A stretch of 64,000 bases of DNA from positions 52,167 through 116,166 of the IMG/VR virus record IMGVR_UViG_3300042991_001118. The stretch is one strand, 5' to 3'. The translations under genes and the position numbers were made by a program. The notes beneath the pieces were generated by a model, which made no database searches, was not told where the DNA came from, and saw nothing but the letters and a program-made list of their open reading frames with translations. The stretch comes from a virus. This document shows positions 46,439 through 55,649 of the stretch, piece by piece (the stretch's first letter is position 1; each line of letters starts with the position of its first letter).

Positions 46439-46885
46439 CTATCCTCTTTTTATCGGAGTTCCTGGTGTTATAAGCAATTCTGTAGCCGTCAATGCTTTTC
46501 CAATAGACTGGACCACTGAACCAACACCAGAAGGAATACTTGTCGAAATAGCACCAGCCGTTACGCTACTTACAAAGTATACAGCAGCAGGTGTTAATCC
46601 TGTAAATCCAGAAAGGACATTAGTAAGCTGGACAGATATCGTTTCACCAGCAGCAGTTGCTGCCTGTATTGCCACTCCAATCGCCGACATGGTTCCTTCT
46701 GCATCAGCACGTGCTTTATATGCCCTGCTATCCGATGATTTAATATAAACTACATCATTTATCGCTAATGCCTCTCCTGCGATAATAGAGATTATATTTG
46801 GCGATGCATCATAAATATAATCAGTTGACTGCAATTCTTCTAATAGCCCATTCGATCCTAAAACAATTGGTTTTTTTAAAGCCAT
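46439..46885 (-). CDS. capsid decoration/cement-like protein
   Basis: AGEAL...DVVY...IGVA...GLTP..YFVS...G. Confidence 0.6.
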   Translation of the reverse strand: MALKKPIVLGSNGLLEELQSTDYIYDASPNIISIIAGEALAINDVVYIKSSDSRAYKARADAEGTMSAIGVAIQAATAAGETISVQLTNVLSGFTGLTPAAVYFVSSVTAGAISTSIPSGVGSVVQSIGKALTATELLITPGTPIKRG

Positions 46886-46886
46886 T

Positions 46887-47400
46887 TTACGCTCTCTTTA
46901 TGTAAATATCTAAATCAACTAAAATCTTAGTAGAAGTCAAAACATAACCAAGTTTTTGTAAATAACCAGATGTTGGAAATGGTGTCCCGAAAGCCCCGTT
47001 CCGTAAAACAAATAAAATTGCCCTTGGACTCAATGCCCATTCTGAATTTTCAAGAGTTCCAGAAAGCAATACTGGCCCTCGATTAAATGGTTCTATGTGT
47101 TGCATCGATATGCCATATGCAGGCATTGTAGATGCATCCAGACAATCACACAATTGCAAAACACCACTTCCAGACATGGAAACAACTGCCCCTTTAGGAA
47201 TTGGATAACTTGGTGCCAATTCTCTAGAAATTACATTTTGATTTACCTCTCCATGCGACAAAACTTTGATTACGCCTTCTTCTATATCTCTTAACGTCGC
47301 GATAGGATTAAATTTGCTTGGATCGTTAGCGTAATCAATCCCTTCCTTTTGTCTAGGAGAAATAAACACATTCGTCAAATTCTGTTGAACTTGTACCATG
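46887..47400 (-). CDS. paralogous decoration-like protein (start MVQV)
   Basis: C-terminal half aligns with 46439..46885. Confidence 0.5.
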
Positions 47401-48144
47401 CTACACCAACTTTGAAATCTCTTCTGTAAGTTTTTTTGAACCCAAATAATTTCCAAACTTAGACAGCACATCAGTCAACGTTGCTAAAAGTGGTCGCCAG
47501 TGAGGACGCGCTGGCAGTTTTATCCTAGTTCTCGTAAGGGTACCATCTAGATTTTTATGAACAATTGAGTAAGATGAAGTCCCAAACTCATGTATTTTCG
47601 CTAGTTTATTATACGTTATACTTGTGTTTGGTACTAATTTCCTCGGAACCGTTATGGTATAAAAAATATCCTTAGTATTTGCTGTAACTTTCCTTTTCAC
47701 GCAAATGCTTTCGATGTACCGCCCCGTGGCTATCAAAATCCTGGTGTCTAATCCAGCCTTTGCTTTGCGTTCCAAATATTTTTTATTGAGTTCCTTCAAG
47801 ATAAATGGGGATCGAGATTGCAATGGGACTTTAGACTCTCGAAATAAAACAATCTTTTTCCCAGTACCTTCTTTAGAAGACTCATTCAATTTTTGGAATT
47901 CTGGATCGGCATTGTTTTTATTCAAAGCTTCCTGCCGATAAATAAAAACTCGTTCAGGCTTCGGAACTGACGACAATAATTTGTCTACCAGATAGTCTTT
48001 CCCTGCATACGCTAAAGCCCTGATTTGTTCTGTTGAACCCCTGATATAACTGTCTTTTAAAGCAGAAAAAAAATTATTCACAGACTTAACTTTATATGTC
48101 TTCCCTGCGATTTTTAATGTACACAAAACCGTTACAGAACCCAT
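47401..48144 (-). CDS. neck/tail completion protein (HK97 gp10-like)
   Basis: IHEFGT...LPARPHWRP. Confidence 0.6.
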   Translation of the reverse strand: MGSVTVLCTLKIAGKTYKVKSVNNFFSALKDSYIRGSTEQIRALAYAGKDYLVDKLLSSVPKPERVFIYRQEALNKNNADPEFQKLNESSKEGTGKKIVLFRESKVPLQSRSPFILKELNKKYLERKAKAGLDTRILIATGRYIESICVKRKVTANTKDIFYTITVPRKLVPNTSITYNKLAKIHEFGTSSYSIVHKNLDGTLTRTRIKLPARPHWRPLLATLTDVLSKFGNYLGSKKLTEEISKLV

Positions 48145-48710
48145 AAAGGATGCTCCCCTTTAATCGGGTATTCCATCGGAGATAATGGTGTCCCGGTACC
48201 AACAGAATCCACTCTTAATTGGGTTGCATCGCCTTTCCATGTAACATATCTCTCGACAGGCGCGTAATATCTATCTGGGGCTAATTCGTGAATTTCATAA
48301 AGCGTATTGTTCCATTGATAAATATCCCCAGGGATTGGAAGATAGAATGAAAAATCTAATTTGGCATCATGCATTTTAAAAACTTCGCCTAGCCGAATAC
48401 ACTCTCCCAGGTCTATTCTGATTGAATGCTCAATCACGTCCTCAACACCTGATTTCTCTAATGGCTTTTTTGCACTTCCAACGTCTAATGCCAAATAAAT
48501 CGCGATAGGAGAAGAGTATTTTCTCTTAGAATATCCACTGCTTCTAAAAACAGACTCTTGCCCACTCTTTTCTATTTCAAATCTCCAAAACCAGATAGGC
48601 AACATTCTTCTCGCAGACATAATTTGAGTTCGGACTACATGCTCAAACATATGATCTGCTCGATACGCCCACATTCCATGTATATTTAAAATAGAAGAAA
48701 GTGTTTTCAC
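48132..48710 (-). CDS. head closure/neck protein (gp14-like)
   Basis: P.PGDI......YEI; synteny. Confidence 0.5.
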   Translation of the reverse strand: MKTLSSILNIHGMWAYRADHMFEHVVRTQIMSARRMLPIWFWRFEIEKSGQESVFRSSGYSKRKYSSPIAIYLALDVGSAKKPLEKSGVEDVIEHSIRIDLGECIRLGEVFKMHDAKLDFSFYLPIPGDIYQWNNTLYEIHELAPDRYYAPVERYVTWKGDATQLRVDSVGTGTPLSPMEYPIKGEHPLWVL

Positions 48711-48922
48711 GTCTTGAATCCTTCAAAAAGGTCGATCCAATACTGACATCTTTGATGGTGAATCGGCAAAAGTTTTTCTTTCAATTCCTGGGCATTTTGC
48801 AATAATCTTGGATTTTGTGTCGCTAAAACCTTGGGGATAATATTTTCGCTTTCGCCTTCGTGAAGAATAATTTTAGTAACCCAGGAGTAAAAAGATCTAG
48901 CCAATGCAAGTTGATTTGCCAT
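48707..48922 (-). CDS. hypothetical protein
   Basis: Packed ORF, RBS GAGG. Confidence 0.55.
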   Translation of the reverse strand: MANQLALARSFYSWVTKIILHEGESENIIPKVLATQNPRLLQNAQELKEKLLPIHHQRCQYWIDLFEGFKT

Positions 48923-48930
48923 ATGAACCT

Positions 48931-49662
48931 CTAAAAAATAGGCTTTGGCGGCATATGCCGCAAATTCTTATCTAGTTTTTTTTCTATCTCTTCAATGGCC
49001 TTTTCGCCCTCATTTTGGAGTTCATTACCATCTAAAGAAACATCACCACCAGCCGTGGGAATTGCTCCAAATTTTCTCAATTTCCTACCTAATGGCCTTT
49101 TAGCATACCCGACGGCACACTCCAAAAAATCAATTTCTAGAGAAAATGGAATATTTTCAATCGTCATTGGGGTTAAAAATAAGGCCGTCGCTAAAACCCC
49201 ACCAACATTGGCACAATTCGTGATAAATAGAGTCCTGGTCTTCTCATCCCAATGCCAGGTAGGCTGTATGCCGAGAAACGAGCTATACCTATCGTCAGCT
49301 TGTAATCTCTGGAAAACACGGCGTGGTTCACGAATACCCCAATACTGATCTGGCAGAGGATGATGGAATGGACGATAAAAATGATTGTGATGATTCTGAA
49401 ATTTTACATCCACCACACGTGTTCCCTGTTCCTCCATGGAGCAATCAAGTCTTAAATCCTGCGTTAAATGTCCGAGAGGTTTCCATCGCCATTCCGGATG
49501 GTATTTGTTAAATAGTGATAGAGCACACGCGATTGCATGATCTATATCTTTTTCAGACAATTCCTCGTTCCACGCAAATCCTCCGAGTGACATGACTATT
49601 TTCTCACGCCATTCTGAGAGCGTTTTTGATCTTGCACTTGTTGGTGGTGGAGTATTGTTCAT
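48931..49662 (-). CDS. neck protein (gp13-like)
   Basis: LG....EL...I..A; LGRKLRKF...GG...LDG..L..EG. Confidence 0.75.
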   Translation of the reverse strand: MNNTPPPTSARSKTLSEWREKIVMSLGGFAWNEELSEKDIDHAIACALSLFNKYHPEWRWKPLGHLTQDLRLDCSMEEQGTRVVDVKFQNHHNHFYRPFHHPLPDQYWGIREPRRVFQRLQADDRYSSFLGIQPTWHWDEKTRTLFITNCANVGGVLATALFLTPMTIENIPFSLEIDFLECAVGYAKRPLGRKLRKFGAIPTAGGDVSLDGNELQNEGEKAIEEIEKKLDKNLRHMPPKPIF

Positions 49663-49665
49663 GGC

Positions 49666-50070
49666 TTACTTCTTCTTCTTTACGATTTCTTCGCCAGACT
49701 TTTTCAAAGCCCATGCTTCTTTAATCCATTGTTCAGGCTTTATTCCATGCCTTTCTTGCCTGACCTCTTCCATTTCAATCAAAGTTTTTGCGGAGCATTT
49801 GCAACAAAGTTGTAATCGTGGAATTTTATGCACAATGACTAAATCGACGAAGTTTTTCCCACGTAGTCTATCGCCCTTCAACATCCGTACCGTAGTATTG
49901 TTGTTCTTACCCGAAGGTAACAGATATGGAGCATCCCCTAAATTTATGACCATATTTTCTGGACATTTTGTCGGGTCTGTCTCATAGGAAACTTCTTCTT
50001 CCTGTGCCTTTTCTGTATCAGCATTCAAAACGATTACATCCTCAGATTCTATTTTTTTTGAACTTACCAT
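49666..50070 (-). CDS. hypothetical protein
   Basis: Follows the capsid gene. Confidence 0.6.
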   Translation of the reverse strand: MVSSKKIESEDVIVLNADTEKAQEEEVSYETDPTKCPENMVINLGDAPYLLPSGKNNNTTVRMLKGDRLRGKNFVDLVIVHKIPRLQLCCKCSAKTLIEMEEVRQERHGIKPEQWIKEAWALKKSGEEIVKKKK

Positions 50071-50089
50071 TTTACGTCCCTTATTTATA

Positions 50090-50112
50090 CCCCACCCGCA
50101 GCGCGGGTAGGG
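50090..50112 (-). terminator. GC-rich hairpin after the capsid gene
   Basis: ccccacccgc-agc-gcgggtaggg; no clear U-tract. Confidence 0.5.
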
Positions 50113-50122
50113 CGATAGAAGA

Positions 50123-51568
50123 TTACAAATTGATAACCTGGATTGTCCCCATCATCTCTGCATTCATAACGTGAATGGCATACTCAGTAAGCATTGCAGC
50201 GTCTTTGTGGAATCCCTTTTGATGAACTGGAGATTTGTAAAGCGGAAGATACATTCCAACAGTCGCGGCTGTGTTAAAAATTTCCATCCCTCTAAATGTC
50301 AGGACTGCTGATCCCCCTGGAAAACTAGGATCGGCTATGCAAAGAATATTGTGCTCAGACAAAGTACCAACAATCTTTGGACCAGCCAATGCATCGCTTT
50401 GCCCTGGGGTACCTTCGCCCTGGAATCCTTTGGTGTGTTGGAACAAGAACCAGATATCAGGAGAAAGAACACAAACGTTTGGCCTTACCTTTTGTGTATG
50501 TTGCCAAATCTCATGCTGTAGTCTTCCCAACATTATACCGAACGCGTCAATGTGCTCTCTGTAAGTCAATGCAGGAGGTGTGGCGTTGTCAAAAACAAAA
50601 GAACCACCAGATGCCTTCCGGTACAAATGATTGACTACATGTCTGAACTTCTCAGCCGTGATGATCTTTCCACCAGCATCTAGTATGGTAGGCTCCGCAT
50701 CAATGCCCCAGTCGTTAATCAAATCGACAACCGCTTGATGTGACCACTCTGTCGATATTGCCCTTGGCAATGCCTCTACTTGGACACCACGCAACGCGAT
50801 TCCATACTTAGGATATTCCGTAGCAGCCTCGATATTGTATCCATAATTAGCCTCTACGTTTCCTGTAGTGGCTGCCGCAAATTGCAATGAAACATCACCT
50901 GTGACGTAATTGACAGTGTTCGTTATTCCACCGCCACCTGCTCCAACATCTCCAATCAAGTTTCCATTCCCATCATCCTGTACAACTTGATTTCCATCCG
51001 TGATTTCCACGGAACGTGGAAGGCAAGGTCTATATTCTAATCTGACAACATAATCCGTCGCACCAATCGCACCAATTGGCTCCCCATTGATTTTGTGAGA
51101 TCCAAAATCCTCAGTACCAGCAAAGCCACGGAGCGCATCAAACATGTGCAGCCCAGCAGGTATTCGTCCTTTGGCTTTCTCTGTCTGAATATCTAGGTAG
51201 TGAATTTTTCCACTTCGGCTTTGTAAAGGCTGTTCTGAAATGACTTTATCCGTCAAATCGTCAGCCTGGCTCGTCGTGATTAAAGCAAGTCCAGTCTTTA
51301 CCCATTTTGGGAGATCGGCACGCGATGTTTCGTCTAGGGAAGCCTTTGTTTCTCTGACGAAATTTTCGCAAAGAATTGCCACCTTCGTCATCTTATAGTC
51401 GTTAGAATTTCCGCCCAGTGGAGCCAAGACGTTCATGGGCCTTGTTATTCCTAGCGAATCGTCCGTGAAATTTGAAAAGTGTTCGACAATGTATTTGTTT
51501 GTTGTGATAAATTGATCTTCGGAATACGAAGGTCTAGAGGGTTCTGTTTTCTTAGATTTGATAAGCAT
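50123..51568 (-). CDS. major capsid protein, T4 gp23-like, with inserted module
   Basis: EQPL....G.IHYL, VEA..R...EWS.....DL...GIDAE, YLPL, TEYA. Confidence 0.88.
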   Translation of the reverse strand: MLIKSKKTEPSRPSYSEDQFITTNKYIVEHFSNFTDDSLGITRPMNVLAPLGGNSNDYKMTKVAILCENFVRETKASLDETSRADLPKWVKTGLALITTSQADDLTDKVISEQPLQSRSGKIHYLDIQTEKAKGRIPAGLHMFDALRGFAGTEDFGSHKINGEPIGAIGATDYVVRLEYRPCLPRSVEITDGNQVVQDDGNGNLIGDVGAGGGGITNTVNYVTGDVSLQFAAATTGNVEANYGYNIEAATEYPKYGIALRGVQVEALPRAISTEWSHQAVVDLINDWGIDAEPTILDAGGKIITAEKFRHVVNHLYRKASGGSFVFDNATPPALTYREHIDAFGIMLGRLQHEIWQHTQKVRPNVCVLSPDIWFLFQHTKGFQGEGTPGQSDALAGPKIVGTLSEHNILCIADPSFPGGSAVLTFRGMEIFNTAATVGMYLPLYKSPVHQKGFHKDAAMLTEYAIHVMNAEMMGTIQVINL

Positions 51569-51604
51569 AATTGCGTCTCCAACGAAATTCTGTCCAGTGA
51601 AAAT

Positions 51605-53410
51605 CTATTTTCTAGATTTATGATCGGCCAGCCTTGTAAAAATATCTGGCACAGTTTTCACTCTACCTGGTTCGTCGGTGACGTGTGAGGCAGGTTTTAA
51701 CGTAGTCTCAACTAACTTTGGTTTAGATATAGTTTCATCCATAGGGACACCCTTACGGCGTTCTTTTACAACCATGGAAGGTTTCTTACGAAGGGCTTGA
51801 AGCAAAGCACTAGTTGTTTCTTGAAGTTTTGGCAACGTTTTGCATTTAGCTAAAATAGACCTGAACTCATGCAGTTCGGGAGTCTTCGCTAAAATACTTC
51901 CCAGTTCAAATCCAGTTACTTTTTCTTCAAAAATCTTTGCCATCTCAGTATTTATTATTTTAAGATTTGTGTTCTCGTTTTGCAAGAGCAAATTTTTCTT
52001 TCTTAGTGAAGAAATTTCTTCCTGCAATGATTTTTGGTATTGATTTTGTGCAACGCTTCTAGACTTTATAGATTCATTCCTTCCCATTTCTTTTCGTAAT
52101 GCACGTCTATAGGACTCGGTGGTTGGTTCGACGATAGTTTCTGGAGGAAGAGACGATTGCGGTTCTTCTGGTGCCTGGACATTATTTAACACTGGGATAG
52201 TAGCGTCAACCACAGGAACACTCGAAGCAGCCGGACTAACAGCAAAAATTGTACACAAAATGCCCTGCACAGCCTCTGGCGTGGCTGATTCATTTTTCTC
52301 TAGCTCTAAAGACAACTCAATAACATTGTCCTTCCACAACGCCACAATCTCTTTCGGGGCTAAATTCCTAGACGACAATTCTGACTTTATCAAGACCACA
52401 AGAGTTTCTAGACTTTCCCCAGGACGAAAAAGATTAAATTTCTTTTTGATATCCTCTCCTAATGCATCCAACGCGACACTAAAATTCGTAAGGAAAGTTA
52501 CCTTCGTCGTCGCTACGGCTGTGTCTACAGATGGAGGAGTGTCAATAGGTGTTGAAATAGGAATCTCCTCTTCATACATTCGACCATTTCGATATACGAC
52601 CTTTTTCGATCGTTTCATCACGCTATCTCCTATATTACGTTTTGTGTGCCGGACAAGAGTTTTCAATGTCTCCACGAGCAAACACAATTCATTTTTCCTA
52701 GAACTACGCTCGGCCAAAAATTTAGCATCGCTTAACCGAGGATCCCATGTCGGATTCCAACCTTCTTTTGTAATTTCTTCCTGTAAAGCACTTAGCTTCT
52801 CATAGCACAACTCGGCAGCCTCCTCTTTACGAACGGCATCCTCTCCGAGTGTATTAAGAGTTTTTTGCAAACTCTCGTGCAGCACTGCGCCAGGAGTAGA
52901 TGGCTCGGCTACTAAATCAAACGTCTCAGGCTCAAAATCCTCCATTACTTCGTCTACACCCGAACCTAAACGTTTTGTGCTTCCGTGCGCTCTGGATGAA
53001 ACTCCTATAGAAAGACCATCCTCGAACAACGCAGCCGCCGTTTTCCCCGCTTGTGTACGCAAAGTCTCTAACGTCCCCCATATCTCTCCATTTTCTTTTA
53101 GCTGCAAATCCGTAATGATAATAGCCGCCTCTTTAAGGTCCGGTCTTCCATCTTTAGGATGCTCTAGATGCCCCCATACACTCCTGGCTTTTATGGCACG
53201 CATAAATGGGCTATCCTCTTTGCAATGCCTTTCCCAAATATGCCGTGGATATATCCTGTTATTTTTGTTTACGACACCACAATGCTGAAACTTTCCACGG
53301 ACTCTCACTTTTCCGTCTGCTAACTTTGTAATCCCCTCCTGTAACATCTGCAAAGGGATTGTGTCTTCCAAAAGCAGCATTTTTATCCTCCAATACTTCA
53401 AATGTTCCAT
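51605..53410 (-). CDS. prohead protease (gp21-like) fused to scaffold-like region (start probably 53380)
   Basis: NKNNRIYP, GHLEHP, GVSSRAHGS, FDLVAEPSTPGA; coiled-coil C-terminus. Confidence 0.9.
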   Translation of the reverse strand: MEHLKYWRIKMLLLEDTIPLQMLQEGITKLADGKVRVRGKFQHCGVVNKNNRIYPRHIWERHCKEDSPFMRAIKARSVWGHLEHPKDGRPDLKEAAIIITDLQLKENGEIWGTLETLRTQAGKTAAALFEDGLSIGVSSRAHGSTKRLGSGVDEVMEDFEPETFDLVAEPSTPGAVLHESLQKTLNTLGEDAVRKEEAAELCYEKLSALQEEITKEGWNPTWDPRLSDAKFLAERSSRKNELCLLVETLKTLVRHTKRNIGDSVMKRSKKVVYRNGRMYEEEIPISTPIDTPPSVDTAVATTKVTFLTNFSVALDALGEDIKKKFNLFRPGESLETLVVLIKSELSSRNLAPKEIVALWKDNVIELSLELEKNESATPEAVQGILCTIFAVSPAASSVPVVDATIPVLNNVQAPEEPQSSLPPETIVEPTTESYRRALRKEMGRNESIKSRSVAQNQYQKSLQEEISSLRKKNLLLQNENTNLKIINTEMAKIFEEKVTGFELGSILAKTPELHEFRSILAKCKTLPKLQETTSALLQALRKKPSMVVKERRKGVPMDETISKPKLVETTLKPASHVTDEPGRVKTVPDIFTRLADHKSRK

Positions 53411-53705
53411 TACTCCTGTATAGGATATGGCAATGGAGCTTCAGGCAATCTAACATCTCCATGCCATTTTTTAAATGCAAAATATAAGCAGTATCCCTTG
53501 CATTGTCTAAACGCAAATAATAAGTGTCTGACTCTTCAAACTTCTCATCCGGTATTTGCAAGACAATGCGATTCTTATTCTTCTCTGGATTATAATGAAA
53601 ACAAACAATGCTAAATTTTGCTAAACTTTCCGGTGGCTTTAAATTACTGTTCATAATCCCAGTTGACCGAAATACTTGACTGGTCTTCTTTCCCATCAGA
53701 TGCAT
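53259..53705 (-). CDS. hypothetical protein (start probably MNSN near 53655)
   Basis: Fills the gap before the protease; 3' end overlaps it. Confidence 0.45.
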   Translation of the reverse strand: MHLMGKKTSQVFRSTGIMNSNLKPPESLAKFSIVCFHYNPEKNKNRIVLQIPDEKFEESDTYYLRLDNARDTAYILHLKNGMEMLDCLKLHCHILYRSNGTFEVLEDKNAAFGRHNPFADVTGGDYKVSRRKSESPWKVSALWCRKQK

Positions 53706-54504
53706 ATTCGTACGACACTAAAATATTCGTGCCATTCTTGGGAACAAAATCTGGCGAAAAATGGAGTACACCCTTGCCTGTCCTGTAATCTATCAAACTC
53801 TCTTTGTCATTTAAGGCAAAAAATTCAGTTGGAACAGAACCAAACTTTCCATATCCATTATCTCGTATTCCATCTAAATATGTGTCCGACGATCCCGTAA
53901 AAGTGATCTTTATCGATGATGGACATATTGGAGCATTCGCTAAGGAAAAATTAAATTCTGTTTTTGTCCCATCTCCAATTCCCAATACCTCGTCAATAAT
54001 ATCGGAATCATATGCCCTTCTGATTTTCAACACAGGGGTTTTTAATGGTTTAGAACCAGAGGCGTAAATAATCAGTGTTGTCGTAGAATAAGCACATGGA
54101 AGTTTTAATCTATTTCCGACCAATAATCCAGCATCTCCTAAGATAGAAATGTCCGATCCGTTCCAGGCACAAACCTGTACAGCGTGAAGGATTGGAATAT
54201 CTTTATAAGATGTGCTGCTAGCAGTTCTCTTTTGCACCAACGTTCCCAATCCTTTATCAAAATTTCTAATCTCAAGCTCTTTGGTGTCGTATTTGTAAAA
54301 AAATGGAGGTAAGGCGGATTCACATCGGACGTAACATGGGAAGCGGTTCGATTCTGCTGGTTGAATATTGATACGAATTGGGCGGAACCCAACAATCGGA
54401 TGTAAGACTAGACCCTTTTCCCATAACTGGGTAAAAACAACCTGTGGAATATTTGCGCCCAATCGGCCTTCTTCACTACTACTGTGAACTACCGTCGTAT
54501 ACAT
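53644..54504 (-). CDS. putative virion protein with recurrent module
   Basis: GDGTKTEF...PICPSS...DNGYG...IDYRTG...SYEY. Confidence 0.65.
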   Translation of the reverse strand: MYTTVVHSSSEEGRLGANIPQVVFTQLWEKGLVLHPIVGFRPIRINIQPAESNRFPCYVRCESALPPFFYKYDTKELEIRNFDKGLGTLVQKRTASSTSYKDIPILHAVQVCAWNGSDISILGDAGLLVGNRLKLPCAYSTTTLIIYASGSKPLKTPVLKIRRAYDSDIIDEVLGIGDGTKTEFNFSLANAPICPSSIKITFTGSSDTYLDGIRDNGYGKFGSVPTEFFALNDKESLIDYRTGKGVLHFSPDFVPKNGTNILVSYEYASDGKEDQSSISVNWDYEQ

Positions 54505-54515
54505 CGTATTCTCCT

Positions 54516-54555
54516 AAAATCTCCACTAGGACAATAGCGTTCTAGTGGAGATTTT
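54516..54555. terminator. 14-bp inverted repeat, terminator-like
   Basis: aaaatctccactag / ctagtggagatttt. Confidence 0.65.
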
Positions 54556-54557
54556 TT

Positions 54558-55310
54558 TTAGTTGTTATGGTAAGGATATCCTGTGATCTCACCCTTTACG
54601 AGAACCGTTCCGACATGCGAATCATCTCCAAAATAGGAAACACAAAGATTCATCGTGGTAGATGGGTCTCCAGAAGTTTTCTTTTGAGCAAAAAATCCGA
54701 TCTCTTCCTGATCTTTGATTCCATCGATATAATTCTCGGCACCGTCTGGATAGACAATAACACTGCGTCTAGCTCCACCGCTAGATACATCAAAACCAAT
54801 TGGTGTCGTAAAATCGGACCAATCAGAATGTTTGTATCCAGATGAAACAGGCAACGTAACGGCATTATAAAACGTAAAATCAATTTTCCCTTCGTTATAA
54901 TTTACCGTTCCGACTTTCATTGGATATGTCGGTCCAACTGGTCCATTCGTTTGCCACAGGACTCCATCGCCATTGGTGTCTTCTACTCTTTGCGGAACAA
55001 CGGCATTCGTATCGACAATCACGACTGTCTGTGGAACAATTCGACGATTCTCGAAAATTCCACGGAATCTATCTGATGCAGCGACTCTCAAAGTTGTAAT
55101 AACCTCTGCCGGAATGGTGGAAACCACTCCTCTTTTTTTCAAAGAAAAAGTCAATACTCCACGTCCAGTGTTTTGGATATCAAAACCTTGTAATTGTTTG
55201 CAGCTAGGGAATGGCATCCTGGCGATGCATCGAGGGACAACATCATTTACTCCAAGCCCATTCATTTCCGCAGATTTATTCATGTATTCAGACATTTTAA
55301 TATCTACCAT
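54558..55310 (-). CDS. putative virion protein with recurrent module
   Basis: IVPQTV...DTNGDG...GTVNYNEGKIDFTF. Confidence 0.65.
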   Translation of the reverse strand: MVDIKMSEYMNKSAEMNGLGVNDVVPRCIARMPFPSCKQLQGFDIQNTGRGVLTFSLKKRGVVSTIPAEVITTLRVAASDRFRGIFENRRIVPQTVVIVDTNAVVPQRVEDTNGDGVLWQTNGPVGPTYPMKVGTVNYNEGKIDFTFYNAVTLPVSSGYKHSDWSDFTTPIGFDVSSGGARRSVIVYPDGAENYIDGIKDQEEIGFFAQKKTSGDPSTTMNLCVSYFGDDSHVGTVLVKGEITGYPYHNN

Positions 55311-55320
55311 GGTATACCTT

Positions 55321-55647
55321 TCAATTTAAATTTGGATTATCACCATTATGCACTCTAATAACCGTGATAAGAAGTTGAACATTGCCCTGGGCAAATAAAG
55401 CCAAGTCCCTGCTACTTGACTGGATTATTTGCCCATCGGACTGATTTGGAGGAATGGATTTGGATGTCCCCACAATTGTGGACCACGTTGTCCCGTCATT
55501 GGAAGACTCATAGTGAATTGCAGCAGACAAAGCATCATCCAAATTTTCCACGATTACATATACAGGAATAGCCGAATAATTTTTAAAAAACAAAATTCTA
55601 TTCCCAATACCGGGAGCTAACAAGGTTTGCCCTTCGGATTTTAACAT
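55321..55647 (-). CDS. small beta-rich putative virion protein
   Basis: YESSNDGTTWST. Confidence 0.55.
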   Translation of the reverse strand: MLKSEGQTLLAPGIGNRILFFKNYSAIPVYVIVENLDDALSAAIHYESSNDGTTWSTIVGTSKSIPPNQSDGQIIQSSSRDLALFAQGNVQLLITVIRVHNGDNPNLN

Positions 55648-55649
55648 TT

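Noticed and set aside
50082-50089. T4 late-promoter consensus TATAAATA
   Set aside because: Only one intergenic instance noticed in AT-rich DNA; not seen before other late genes
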